NCBI GenBank assembly: GCA_050951545.1
Contig: JBMNJG010000016.1
Coordinates: 94,112-158,111, forward strand
Direction of reading: 5' to 3'
Length of the DNA: 64,000 nt
From: Limnochordia bacterium
GTDB lineage: Bacteria; Bacillota; Limnochordia; DTU080
A program made the position numbers and the translations under genes. Positions 20,338-34,652 of this stretch are shown piece by piece (position 1 is the stretch's first letter; each line of letters starts with the position of its first letter). Under the pieces are notes generated by a model. It did no database searches and was not told where the DNA came from. It saw only the letters and a list, made by a program, of their open reading frames with translations.

Positions 20338-21354
20338 CTAACGGGTTCCATCCACGCTATGGCTGAAATGAGATCCAAAGAATGACTCCAGATCGCGCTC
20401 CATCTCAGCTGGGCGTACCGGATTGAGCAGGCCCAATTCCCACAGCACCCACACCAAGAGGAGACCCGCCACCGCTACACACACTGTAACCACGGGGTTC
20501 CGACGCCGTCGACGAACCTCGAGCCACGGGGCAATCGCGGTCATGGACGATCCCGCCGGCTCCTGCAGTTCTCGACGAGCTTTGCGTTGCGCCGCCGCTT
20601 CTACCGCAACACGGGTGAACTCACGGAAAGCACGGCTCTGGGAGGAATGCGATAGCCGACCTGCCACGCTCATACTGACACCCACAGCCCTGACATCAGG
20701 AATCAACGCCAATAGCCCCATCTGCAAACGCTGACCATCTGTATCGGAAAACGGGCCGTGAATCGCGATCTCTTTGCTGACCGGATCGGCCTGGACCTGC
20801 GAGAGATCGCTTTGGCGGATGCCGAGATAAGAAGACACGTGCCTAACCGTTGCCTCCGCTGTTTCCTGCCATAGGCGACGGACCATCACACTCAACGCCC
20901 ATCCGTAAACCCCTGACCAGACCAGGGTTGCAGAAAGACCTATGAACAGAAACGGCACGATATGCCCGACAGACCAAGGTGTTCCCGCGGGGGTCATGGT
21001 CACCTTGGCAAAAAGCCCAAAGGCCAAGGCGCCCGCCACCCATTCCCATGGCAACCGCCACCAAACCTGCGCCGACCACAACCGCCGATGTGGGCGGGTC
21101 ACCAGGGCCAGCGCCACTCCGACCAGCCCAAACAGATACAAAGGCACGGCCCGAGGTGCTACTGGCTGGGAAGCTATCTCACCAGTTAGATTGCTGATCA
21201 TGGGGGATGAAGAGATCTGATGTGCTATGCGAAAAAGCAATGCCGTAGAGAGGCTGGCGATAGCCCCCCCGGAGCAAAGAAGATAGAGAGGTCCATAGGC
21301 GATCATAGCGTCCCGAAGGATCACATCCTGCTCCCGTGATATCATACCCACCAA
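20338..21354 (-). CDS. Hypothetical multi-pass membrane protein
   Basis: 338-aa ORF with about 5 hydrophobic segments and an upstream GAGGGGGG; no family recognised. Confidence 0.6.
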   Translation of the reverse strand: MVGMISREQDVILRDAMIAYGPLYLLCSGGAIASLSTALLFRIAHQISSSPMISNLTGEIASQPVAPRAVPLYLFGLVGVALALVTRPHRRLWSAQVWWRLPWEWVAGALAFGLFAKVTMTPAGTPWSVGHIVPFLFIGLSATLVWSGVYGWALSVMVRRLWQETAEATVRHVSSYLGIRQSDLSQVQADPVSKEIAIHGPFSDTDGQRLQMGLLALIPDVRAVGVSMSVAGRLSHSSQSRAFREFTRVAVEAAAQRKARRELQEPAGSSMTAIAPWLEVRRRRRNPVVTVCVAVAGLLLVWVLWELGLLNPVRPAEMERDLESFFGSHFSHSVDGTR

Positions 21355-21543
21355 ACTGAACCCCCCTCAACTAACAATCCCTCTGCCCTGCGTCGGCATG
21401 AGCGCCTCTCATTGCCATGGCGCCATCACGCTGACTCATCTGGCGCCCTGACATATCCATATACTACGCCGCCAGCTGTCACTATTGTTCTCCACGGTAG
21501 TGGCCAGCTCCTACCTTAGTCAGCTCAGGTCGCTGCCAAGCCT

Positions 21544-21571
21544 TTGACTTTCTCTGCTTGTATGGTAAACT
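21544..21571 (+). promoter_or_regulatory. Putative sigma-A promoter for the riboswitch-sulP unit
   Basis: TTGACT-N16-TAAACT with a TGn extension. Confidence 0.55.
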
Positions 21572-21614
21572 GATGATCGAAGTGACTAGTCGCTTTACGG
21601 AAAACTGAAAAGCG

Positions 21615-21732
21615 TATCATCTCCGAAGCCCTGTTTTTTAGGGTACGGGGGACCCGTTTCATGGGGTGAATCCTGAATTTCAGGTAGGGCAACTTGGGTG
21701 TCCGAACCCGTCAGCTAACCCCGTAGGAGTAC
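21615..21732 (+). ncRNA. Cyclic di-AMP (ydaO/yuaA) riboswitch
   Basis: Conserved blocks in order: CCGAAGCC..GGTACGGGGGACC, GGGGTGAATCC..GGTAGGG and CCGAACCCGTCAGCTAACCCCGTAGG. Confidence 0.9.
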
Positions 21733-21736
21733 ACCA

Positions 21737-21786
21737 AGCGGATGTACCAGTCCATGTTGGATCTGGGCATGCGCTTTTTGTGTTTT
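21737..21786 (+). terminator. Riboswitch expression-platform terminator
   Basis: AAGCGGATGTACCAG..CTGGGCATGCGCTT imperfect stem followed by TTTTGTGTTTT. Confidence 0.6.
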
Positions 21787-21843
21787 CACGACCTTTTTGT
21801 CGGTTGCGCCAGCACTTCTAGAATAGTGGCGAGGTGAAATGTC

Positions 21844-23355
21844 TTGAAGCAGTGGTGGAATCGTTATCAGGGCGATGTCGTCGGCGGTATAACAGTCGCC
21901 ATCGTGGCGTTGCCTCTCGCCTTGGCGTTTGGTATCGCTAGCGGTGCCGGGGCGGCTGCTGGTCTGTACGCAGCCATCTTTGCTGGTTTTGTGACCTCAC
22001 TGTTTGGTGGTAGCGAGGTTCAAGTCAGCGGTCCCACTGGGGCGATGACGGTCGTACTGGTAAGCCTTATCCGCGACTACGGTATTCAAGGCATGTGCCT
22101 TGCTGGCGCCATGGCTGGTCTTATGCAGTTGGCTCTGGGAGCGGTGGGATTAGGTCGGCTCGTAAAGTACCTGCCTCAACCAGTCATCTCTGGGTTCACC
22201 AACGGCATCGCCATCATCATCTTCGCCTCCCAGCTAGACAGCGCTTTCGGTAGTCCAGTCATAGCAGTGGTCACGATCGTGGCCATTGTGCTAGCCAGCC
22301 TTTTTGCCAAACGGATCCCTTCGTCACTCTTAGGTCTTGCCGCTGGTATCCTCGTCAATGAGCTCTTTGTTCACACAACTCACGTGGTCGGCCCAATTCC
22401 CACGACATTGCCGAGACCCTCACTCGCCCTGCTGCCTCTAGCTAACATGGCCAACCTGCTGATGCCTGCTTTCACCATCTGTCTTCTAGGTAGTATCGAG
22501 GCTCTTCTCTCCGCAGAGGTGGGCGATGCCATGACAGGACAGCAGCACGACAGCAACCGTGAACTCATTGGCCAAGGCCTCGGTAATCTGGTATCGGCAT
22601 TAGTGGGTGGCGTGCCTGTTACAGGCGCCATCGCCAGAACGGCGGTAAATGCAAAAAGCGGTGGCCGGACGCGCTTGTCGGGGATGATTCACGCAGTCAT
22701 CCTGCTGCTGACTATGCTGCTGTTTGGGCAGTGGGCCCAGGAGATACCCTTGGGTGCCCTGTCAGCAATCTTGATGGTTACGGCAGTAGGCATGGTTGAT
22801 TGGCGGAGTTTCTCGCATATTCCGCGTACCCGCTGGTCCTACACAGCGACACTGCTTATCACTATGCTCCTCACAGTTGTCCAAGATCTAACCGTAGGGG
22901 TAGCTGTAGGGGTTGCTGTAGCGGTACTCTTTGTGATCGTTGAGTTGGCCAAACTACCGATGATCATGCCACCCGAAAGCCACCATGTGCAGGCCCTGCC
23001 GTCCGTTCCGCCACGTGTCAATGTGACATCGCTCACGGGCCCGCTCCTCTTTCTCACCGTCCGCGGGCTCACTGACGAACTCGACGAACTCCCCAAAGAC
23101 CATGTGCAGGTAGTCGACTTCTCTCAAGTGTCAACGATTGACGAATCTGCTGCGCTCGCCCTCAGAGATCAGCTCGAAAAGCTCCAGGAGCGCGGCGTGC
23201 GCATCTACCTAGGAGGCCTTCAGAGGGCCCCCTTAAGAGCGCTCATACGTCTGGGTTTACTGGAGACTCTTGAACGACGCCGGGTATGCAAGAGCCTCTC
23301 TGTCGCCTTAGCCAGAGCTTCGGAGGAGGCGGCTCAGATGCGTGAAGCTGCCTAG
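21844..23355 (+). CDS. SulP/SLC26 family anion permease with STAS domain
   Basis: GDVVGGITVAIVALPLALAFGIASG, SGPTGAM, NRELIGQGLGN, TGAIARTAVN; C-terminal STAS domain (GPLLF, IDESA). Confidence 0.94.
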   Translation: MKQWWNRYQGDVVGGITVAIVALPLALAFGIASGAGAAAGLYAAIFAGFVTSLFGGSEVQVSGPTGAMTVVLVSLIRDYGIQGMCLAGAMAGLMQLALGAVGLGRLVKYLPQPVISGFTNGIAIIIFASQLDSAFGSPVIAVVTIVAIVLASLFAKRIPSSLLGLAAGILVNELFVHTTHVVGPIPTTLPRPSLALLPLANMANLLMPAFTICLLGSIEALLSAEVGDAMTGQQHDSNRELIGQGLGNLVSALVGGVPVTGAIARTAVNAKSGGRTRLSGMIHAVILLLTMLLFGQWAQEIPLGALSAILMVTAVGMVDWRSFSHIPRTRWSYTATLLITMLLTVVQDLTVGVAVGVAVAVLFVIVELAKLPMIMPPESHHVQALPSVPPRVNVTSLTGPLLFLTVRGLTDELDELPKDHVQVVDFSQVSTIDESAALALRDQLEKLQERGVRIYLGGLQRAPLRALIRLGLLETLERRRVCKSLSVALARASEEAAQMREAA

Positions 23356-23688
23356 ACGTGGCCAACTGGTCCGCTCTCTCAAGAACCAGGAGTACGAACC
23401 CGATACTGCAGGCCCCTAGAAAGGAATGCATGTCGGCGACCACCACGACATAACACGATTTCCAAAGGAGCGTATTTCTACTGTGGCGTGTTTCTCAAGA
23501 TCCGCTGATGCTGTCTCCAACAGCTCAGGCTCCCATTCGCTGTCGCTATCGTCCTTTCGAAGAGGCCAGTACAGGGGCGCCGTCGTGCGCACCGCTAGCG
23601 TCCCCTTCTCGCCCGCAAACTGCTGGGTAACGGATAGGCCAGAGAGCCTCAGCCGTCATACCCCGACAACGTGGGAGCATCGCCGGGG

Positions 23689-24528
23689 CTAGTCGCGCTG
23701 GAGATAGCGCGCGGCGTTCTTCTCCACCTCATGACGACGCGGCATCGTCAGTAGTTCCAGAAGGTCGTCGGCCCGGCACACAGCGACACTGCGCTCCCCA
23801 CCGGGCCTATCAGGGCGCAACACGCTTACTAGTTCATAGGGAGGTTCAAGAACAAAAGGCTTGATTTCCGCAACGCGTTGCACTGCCTCTTTCGCCGCCC
23901 GATGAATAAGCTCCCGCGCCACTTGAGGATGTAGATGAACTGCCGCCCCGTTAAACACCTTGTTCTGGCCCCCTGTCAGACCGACGCTCGAGCGCTGCTG
24001 AAAGCCCTCCTTTACTGCAGCAGTGACGATATTTGGCACTAGAGCACGCGCCTCTTCACACGCCGCCTTATCGCCAGTCAGCAGAATGTGAGGCACGCCA
24101 AAGTATCCGGTGAACAGGAAGTTAATCCCCATCTCTCCCACAGAAAGGTCGTTGATCAAGAGCTCCTCTTGGTTGAAACTCCCTGTGTGGCAAAGGTGCG
24201 CCCCCTTGGTGTTCGCCTTGGCGTGCTGCCCAACGCTGAAGGCTGCGGCGAATCCGCGATCACACAGAAAGGGATAGCCCATTGGTCTTCCCGCGAAAAG
24301 CCGAGCCCGGCGATGCAGTAGTTGCGGATTGATGGAGCCATGCCCGTGACCGTCAACTACCAAGAACTCAGTCGCCCCGGCCTCAATGGCGCCTTCAATC
24401 GCAGCGTTCACCTCCAGCGTCAGAAGCTCCCTCGCCGTCTCGTAATAGCGGCGGTCTGGTGCACAATAGTCGTCGGAATCGATCACTCCTGCTACGCCTT
24501 CCTGGTCAGTCATGATGTAAATGCGCAT
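23689..24528 (-). CDS. M55 family D-aminopeptidase (DppA-like)
   Basis: RIYIMTDQEGVAG, EVNAAIEGA, VVDGHG, HAKA..HLCHT and TGD..ACEEA. The listed ORF's longer N-terminus is spurious. Confidence 0.9.
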   Translation of the reverse strand: MRIYIMTDQEGVAGVIDSDDYCAPDRRYYETARELLTLEVNAAIEGAIEAGATEFLVVDGHGHGSINPQLLHRRARLFAGRPMGYPFLCDRGFAAAFSVGQHAKANTKGAHLCHTGSFNQEELLINDLSVGEMGINFLFTGYFGVPHILLTGDKAACEEARALVPNIVTAAVKEGFQQRSSVGLTGGQNKVFNGAAVHLHPQVARELIHRAAKEAVQRVAEIKPFVLEPPYELVSVLRPDRPGGERSVAVCRADDLLELLTMPRRHEVEKNAARYLQRD

Positions 24529-24606
24529 ACCCATTCTCCTCCCAGTTTCCGCTGTGAATTGCCACCCTCTGTGTTGTTCGCCGTTGGAAACAAATCCTTC
24601 CGAATG

Positions 24607-24816
24607 CAGCAAAAGCAAACGTCCCGCACTTGGCAGGACGTTTAAGGGTTTTGCCGGCGGCGAGCTACTCTCCCGCGCCTTCAGCTGGCCTTTGCTTCGC
24701 AAAGTCTCAGCTGTGGCACCGGTTGCCCAGGGGCAACCCTGTCAGCTCCAGCAAAAGCAAACGTCCCGCACTTGGCGGGACGTTTAAGGGTTTTGCCGGC
24801 GGCGAGCTACTCTCCC
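24607..24816. repeat. 68-bp direct repeat (5S rRNA 3' end plus terminator) flanking a 74-bp structured insert
   Basis: 24607-24674 and 24749-24816 are identical except for one A/G difference. Confidence 0.9.
24750..24784 (-). terminator. rRNA operon intrinsic terminator (second copy at about 24608-24643)
   Basis: Minus strand reads AAACGTCCCGC-CAAGT-GCGGGACGTTT-GCTTTTG. Confidence 0.8.
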
Positions 24817-24912
24817 ACAGGGTTGCCCCTGCAGTACCATCACCGCTGGAGGGCTTAACTGCCGTGTTCGGGATGGGAACGGGTGGGTCCCCTCCGCCAT
24901 TGCCACCGACAA
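24795..24912 (-). rRNA. rrf: 5S ribosomal RNA
   Basis: Minus strand contains CACCCGTTCCCATCCCGAACACGG..GTTAAGC and GGGAGAGTAG. Confidence 0.96.
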
Positions 24913-24989
24913 AGTCTCCAGGTGCTGTGCACCCTCACAACTGCACAGAAGATAAGATGACGATTGCTGCCTGAGAGCTTACTACTTTT

Positions 24990-27976
<2,987 letters not shown>

Positions 27977-28241
27977 TTAAGCCCGCGTGTGCTCTTTTGA
28001 GCCACGCTAGGTTTGTAAGTCTCCTCAGGCAACTAGGAGTCGCCATGATGGTCGAGGGACCATCAAACGATCTCCATACACACCTCACCGCGTCGATGTC
28101 AGTCGCGGCAGGTGTGTGTATCGTCACCTTTTCTCCTCTGTGCAGTTGTCAAGGTGCAAAGACTGCTCCAGTCCCTGGCAACTAAACAGCGTACATCAGC
28201 AAGGGCCGACCTAGGAGTAGCCAAGACTGACCGCCTTGGCA

Positions 28242-29765
<1,524 letters not shown>

Positions 29766-30019
29766 GTATCATTACGGTGCTAGGCACCGGAATAATCTTG
29801 GATGCTTACCTGGCTTCTTCGAAATTACTCGTAGAAGCTCGCACCTCTCAGAGTTGCTACTCCGAGAAGTGTTCATAGGTTTCTCAAGCTCGCAACCAAT
29901 CCATTACGATCGGCGCTCGCTTTCCCTTGCTTCTTTTTGCACGCTGTTTAGTTGTCAAGGACCAGAGTGTGCCGCCCGTTAAGCGCTTCTCAAAGCAGTG
30001 CTCTCGAGGCAGCTTGTGC

Positions 30020-30130
30020 ATTGTATCATGCCACCTTGGGCATGTCAAGCGTCTCGCTTTGTGGGCCCAGCTTCGTAGCTCGAACGTGACCCACGATGGT
30101 TATTATAGCCTGCCCCCAAAGAGAACACAA
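30020..30130 (-). promoter_or_regulatory. Tandem rRNA promoters P1/P2
   Basis: Minus strand TTGTGT-N17-TATAAT (30130-30102) and TTGACA-N17-TACAAT (30048-30020). A boxA-like GGTCCTTGACAACT lies near 29950. Confidence 0.8.
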
Positions 30131-30180
30131 TACCCACATCCGCGATCGGGATATTGTCGCAATCGTCGAGACTAACCCTG

Positions 30181-30441
30181 TCACGCCAACACGTAACGTA
30201 GCACTATGAGCAGTGCCATGCCCGGCACACCCAGACAGCCAGCGACCAACGCGGTGACTGGATTGACACCCACCCGCAGCCCTACAGGCTGAGCTGCCAC
30301 ATTCATGACCATGACCAAAGCTAGGCCCAGCAGACCCCGGACCATAAACCGCAAGATGAGTCTTCCGAGTGCCAGCAAACGCTGACCAGCCCCAAACAGC
30401 AACAACAATATAACTCCCAACCCCACAACCGTCAGTGCCAT
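30181..30441 (-). CDS. bofA: Pro-sigmaK processing inhibitor BofA family
   Basis: Small hydrophobic protein with VGVNPVTALVAGCLGVPG; recR-yaaL-bofA-rrn synteny. Confidence 0.85.
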   Translation of the reverse strand: MALTVVGLGVILLLLFGAGQRLLALGRLILRFMVRGLLGLALVMVMNVAAQPVGLRVGVNPVTALVAGCLGVPGMALLIVLRYVLA

Positions 30442-30477
30442 TCGGTGCCACCCCCCGACAAAAGAACCTGTGCCCGC

Positions 30478-30783
30478 CTAGGGTAGCTCCGAGAGCAGCT
30501 TGCTTACCTCAGCCACGCCGAAGTTGATTCTCAGACCCTCAGATCGCGCCTTTTTGAGAAGGTATACATACTTTTTTTCCGCAGCCTCCACACAGAAAAT
30601 CGCGTGGTCCACCAGATCGGGATCAGTGACATTATCAAAGTACGAGCAAGCCTGCAACCAATCATGCCTTGCCCGCTCAACCGCCTCCTGAAGCTCAGGC
30701 ACACGCGCTGGCTGTGTACTTGAGCTGTCCACGACCAGTTGGTTAGACACCATGTCCAGGAGATAGGACCACAACTTTGCCAT
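30478..30783 (-). CDS. yaaL: YaaL (DUF2508) family protein
   Basis: A..DW..A.SYFDNVTDPDLVDHAIF..EAAEKKYVYLLKKAR. Confidence 0.88.
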   Translation of the reverse strand: MAKLWSYLLDMVSNQLVVDSSSTQPARVPELQEAVERARHDWLQACSYFDNVTDPDLVDHAIFCVEAAEKKYVYLLKKARSEGLRINFGVAEVSKLLSELP

Positions 30784-30875
30784 CTGCGTTTGCCTCCCCG
30801 CGCCCTGCGAGTGGGGACTACCACTTGCATTATAAGCACGGGTGTCTCTGGTTATTCCGGTAGCAAAGAACGATT

Positions 30876-31475
30876 CTACAGCTCGCGCCGTCCCTCCAAT
30901 GCACGAGCGAGAGTCACTTCATCGACGTACTCTAGATCACCACCAACAGGCATACCGTGGGCCATGCGCGTGACCCGAATCCCCAATGGCTTGAGCAAGC
31001 GCGCCAGATAGAGCGCTGTGGCCTCACCTTCGGGATCGGGATCTGTCGCAATCACGATCTCCTTCACCTGGTCATCTTGACAGCGAACCAGCAATTCCTT
31101 GACACGCAGTTGAGCGGGACCGATTCCTTCCATAGGCGATATGGCTCCATGAAGGACATGGTAGCGCCCCCTGAACTCACGAGTACGTTCCACAGCCACC
31201 ACGTCGCGAGGTTGCTCCACAACGCAGAGCATGCTTGCGTCTCTACCAGGAGCTGTGCAGATTCGACACGGATCTACGTCCGTAATGTTGCAGCATACCG
31301 AGCAGTAGACAGTATTCTCTTTGGCCTCGATGATAGCTTGAGCCAAGCTGCGCGCTCGTTCGATGCTTCCACTCACTACATGAAACGCGAGACGCTGAGC
31401 TGTCTTTGGCCCAATCCCCGGCAGCCTACCTAACTCCTCGATCAGCCGAGCAATAGGTCGCGCGTATGCGTACAT
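30876..31475 (-). CDS. recR: Recombination mediator RecR
   Basis: [16 protein letters not shown]4 zinc finger, [10 protein letters not shown] and EGEATALY. Confidence 0.98.
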   Translation of the reverse strand: MYAYARPIARLIEELGRLPGIGPKTAQRLAFHVVSGSIERARSLAQAIIEAKENTVYCSVCCNITDVDPCRICTAPGRDASMLCVVEQPRDVVAVERTREFRGRYHVLHGAISPMEGIGPAQLRVKELLVRCQDDQVKEIVIATDPDPEGEATALYLARLLKPLGIRVTRMAHGMPVGGDLEYVDEVTLARALEGRREL

Positions 31476-31477
31476 CT

Positions 31478-31801
31478 TCAGAAGAGGCCCCCGGGAAGAC
31501 CTGGGATGTTCACATTGCCTGTCACCTTCGCCATCTCAGCTGCAGCCATCTCCTGGGCCTGCCGCAGGCCCTCATTGACCGCGAGCATGACGAGATCTTC
31601 CAGCATCTCAACGTCATCGGGGTCCACTGCAGCAGGATCGATATGCACTTCCTTCACTTCCTGATGGCCACTGACCACCACCCGTACTACGCCACCACCT
31701 GCTGTGGCTTCCACCGTCTTCGCACCCAGCTCCTCTTGCACTTGCGCCATCTGGGCCTGCATTTTCTGTACCTGCTTCATCATTTTCTGCATGTTCATCA
31801 T
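31478..31801 (-). CDS. YbaB/EbfC nucleoid-associated protein
   Basis: [31 protein letters not shown]; lies between dnaX and recR. Confidence 0.95.
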   Translation of the reverse strand: MMNMQKMMKQVQKMQAQMAQVQEELGAKTVEATAGGGVVRVVVSGHQEVKEVHIDPAAVDPDDVEMLEDLVMLAVNEGLRQAQEMAAAEMAKVTGNVNIPGLPGGLF

Positions 31802-31826
31802 GATCTAGCTCATCCTCCCGACCAAC

Positions 31827-33578
31827 CTAGTCCTCCTCAGATGCTTCGTCCGCATCTACGCGCCTGAGCTTGCCACCGAAAAACTGTACCGCCTTCGATA
31901 CACTGGGAAACTGCATCATATCCTCTTCCTGAGAAACAGGTGGGCCACTTTGCTTCTCTTCTGCACGTTGGTCGTCATTCGGCCTGGCGTCGCCTGCTGG
32001 TGCAGGGGGATCACCGACAACCGTAGAAACCTGAATGAGCCTGCCGAGTACCTTTGAGATCGCTTTTTCCACTTCAGTCTTATGACGAGCATCCTCAATG
32101 TTCGCCTGATGGAATCTATGCCTGGGAGAGAAATAGATGACCACCCGATGTCCTTCGACAACGCCCGGCACTCCCTCCCGCAAAAAAGCCTCAGTAGATA
32201 TCATTCGCTCTTCTCTCAGCAACGAAAGTACGCTCGGCCACTCTGACTGCAACTTCACAAGTTCATCAGTGGCGGTGCTCTGGTGTTGAGCGGCGATCTC
32301 AGGTTCCTTGGGTTGCGCCTGGGTATGCTTCGCCTCCGCCCCAGAGACAGCACTCTCGCCCGATGTTACCTCCATCGCAGCGGGTCTGGAACTTGAGGAG
32401 ACGCGACGAACAAGCTCCTCCAAATCTGTGAGACGCTGTGCCAATTTGCTCAGCTCATCTTGTGCATCCACAACAGCTTCTGAACGTGCCTGACTTCCCG
32501 CCACGGCCCTCACCATAGCAATCTCCATAGCCATTGCTGGGCTTGTCGACCAACGCAACTCCGCGTCCACCGCTACAAGAGCATCCACCACGTTCAGCAA
32601 CTGATCAAGCCTACAGTGAGTCACTTCCTTGCTCATCGTCTCCCGCTCTGCCTCGTCTGCCACCACGAGGTCTGGGACGGCGGGAGCCGCCTTGAGCAAC
32701 ACCAAGTCGCGAACATAGGCCGTCAGATCCCGCGTCAGCTGCTTGACCTCAACGCCTTCATCAAGTAGTGCGTTTGTTAGCTGAACCGCACCACTCAGAT
32801 CCCCCTTCAAGATATAGCCAACAAGCTCGACAAGTGCTTCCCGCCGTACGATTCCCAAAACATCCGTAACGGTTGCCACATTCAGCTTTCCTGGTTCCGC
32901 CGCCAAGCACTGATCCATCGTAGCTAGCGCATCACGCATACTCCCCTCAGCATGCCGGGCAATAAGTGCCAGTGCCTGGGATTCCGCCTCAACCTTTTCC
33001 ACGCCCGCTACATGCTTTAGATGACCAGCTAGCTGTCCTGAGCTAAAGCGGCGAAAGTCGAACTTCTGGCACCGCGAGAGTATGGTGGCCGGTACTTTGT
33101 GGGCTTCTGTCGTAGCGAAGACAAAAACGACGTGACTCGGCGGCTCCTCAAGAACCTTGAGTAACGCGTTGAAAGCCTCATTGGTCAGCATGTGCACTTC
33201 ATCAATGATGTAGACCTTGAAACGACCCCCGGTAGGAGCGTATCTTACGCGGTCACGCAATTCACGGATCTCATCGATGCCTCGGTTAGAGGCTCCATCA
33301 ATCTCCAAGACATCCACAGCAGCTCCGCGCGTGATATTCAAGCAGCTATCGCATTCGTTACAGGGGGCTCCCGTCGGTCCATGTTCACAATTGAGCCCTT
33401 TCGCCAGAAGGCGAGCAAACGTAGTTTTTCCAGTGCCCCTCGGACCAGCAAACAAATAGGCATGAGCTACACGGCCTGTGTCTAGGGCATTGGTTAGCGT
33501 ACGCACAATATGTTCCTGTCCCACGACCTCCGAGAAAACCTGAGGTCGCCACCTCCGGTAAAGCGAAAGATACGCCAT
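31827..33578 (-). CDS. dnaX: DNA polymerase III gamma/tau subunit
   Basis: LYRRWRPQ.F.EVVGQ, GPRGTGKTT, IDEVHML, ALLKVLEEPP and TILSRCQ. Confidence 0.98.
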   Translation of the reverse strand: MAYLSLYRRWRPQVFSEVVGQEHIVRTLTNALDTGRVAHAYLFAGPRGTGKTTFARLLAKGLNCEHGPTGAPCNECDSCLNITRGAAVDVLEIDGASNRGIDEIRELRDRVRYAPTGGRFKVYIIDEVHMLTNEAFNALLKVLEEPPSHVVFVFATTEAHKVPATILSRCQKFDFRRFSSGQLAGHLKHVAGVEKVEAESQALALIARHAEGSMRDALATMDQCLAAEPGKLNVATVTDVLGIVRREALVELVGYILKGDLSGAVQLTNALLDEGVEVKQLTRDLTAYVRDLVLLKAAPAVPDLVVADEAERETMSKEVTHCRLDQLLNVVDALVAVDAELRWSTSPAMAMEIAMVRAVAGSQARSEAVVDAQDELSKLAQRLTDLEELVRRVSSSSRPAAMEVTSGESAVSGAEAKHTQAQPKEPEIAAQHQSTATDELVKLQSEWPSVLSLLREERMISTEAFLREGVPGVVEGHRVVIYFSPRHRFHQANIEDARHKTEVEKAISKVLGRLIQVSTVVGDPPAPAGDARPNDDQRAEEKQSGPPVSQEEDMMQFPSVSKAVQFFGGKLRRVDADEASEED

Positions 33579-33730
33579 GTTTTGCCACCCCGCACCTAGT
33601 CTGTCGACCAACTTCTGCACTAGGTTAGCTATCTCCTGTGCTAGCAGCTGGCAATGATCGAGCTTCAGATTAGACCAATGGCGGAAACAAAGAGGCCTAT
33701 GCGGACGCTTGTTCGCATAGGCCCAAAAAT

Positions 33731-33997
33731 GCCGTGCACCTGCCGTCGAATAAGACGTTCGGGCGATTCTCCAGCAGCCAACTCAGACCAGGCACCCTCG
33801 CGGCACCCAAGATAACTACTTACCGCTGCTTCCTTCCGGACCTGACGGGGTTCGTAGCCTCTTGCTGCGCGAGACCCAATCCTCAACGTCACCTAACTGA
33901 AGCCAACCCCGAACGGCTAGCATCCTCGGGCAGGAATTCGGCCCCGCTGTAGCGGATTGCGGGTACAGGGCACCGCTATCTCCCCGCCTAGCACGGC
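33731..33997 (-). ncRNA. ffs: Large (Alu-domain) signal recognition particle RNA
   Basis: Minus strand has GCCGTGCTAGGCGGGGAG..CCCGCAATCCGC, CCCGTCAGGTCCGGAAGGAAGCAGCGG and a closing GCACGGC; upstream of dnaX. Confidence 0.95.
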
Positions 33998-34130
33998 AAA
34001 CCCTCTGACTATCCTTCATCAGGCTGCGAGGAAATTCTACAGGACTTCCTTCCACAAGTCAACAGCGTAGACCACAGACGTCTGGGAAAGGCTACTTTCG
34101 ATACCCCAAGCCGTTGACAGATAAGAGGTC

Positions 34131-34619
34131 ATGCCTGTGCCTTTAGGCACTTGGAGGAAGCATCTTTCAGTACCTGTTCTGCTGTGTCTCTCAGTCGCGT
34201 TGGGTTCGCTGCTACCATTTCTGGGGCATCTAGCTTGGTCTGTCTGGCCGTATGGCCACGTCAGTACCTTTGATACTGCCTTCCTGCATCGCGAGCCCCT
34301 GCAAGTCGGCGACATGCGCGCGATTCTGAGTAGTGCGAGCCATGCTGCCATGCATCAGGACTGGGCAGTTGCCGTCCGCCTGGTACGAGATGGACGCAAC
34401 CAATGGGAAGTCTTCCAGACTCAGATTCCGAGCATTTATGGGGATGATTTCTGGAGTACCTCGGGTCTGCGCCGCTGTAGTCTTCTATGGGATAACGCAG
34501 TGAGCCAAGCCGAACTGAGCTCAGTGTCAAGAACTCTACGTACTCTTGAGCGACTGCAATCGGCATTGAGCAGGTACCGCTTCCGCTCCGCTCGAGGCGC
34601 GCTCTTGTCGCTTATATAG
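34131..34619 (+). CDS. Hypothetical protein with an N-terminal TM segment
   Basis: 162-aa ORF with a GAGG RBS; no family recognised. Confidence 0.5.
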   Translation: MPVPLGTWRKHLSVPVLLCLSVALGSLLPFLGHLAWSVWPYGHVSTFDTAFLHREPLQVGDMRAILSSASHAAMHQDWAVAVRLVRDGRNQWEVFQTQIPSIYGDDFWSTSGLRRCSLLWDNAVSQAELSSVSRTLRTLERLQSALSRYRFRSARGALLSLI

Positions 34620-34652
34620 CCTAGGTTGGTATGCGAAGAAAGGAGATGGCAA

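Noticed and set aside
24529-24702. N-terminal extension of the M55 peptidase
   Set aside because: It runs through the rRNA terminator duplicate; the family start with an RBS is at 24528.
33665-34055. Small ORFs upstream of dnaX
   Set aside because: They overlap the SRP RNA gene.
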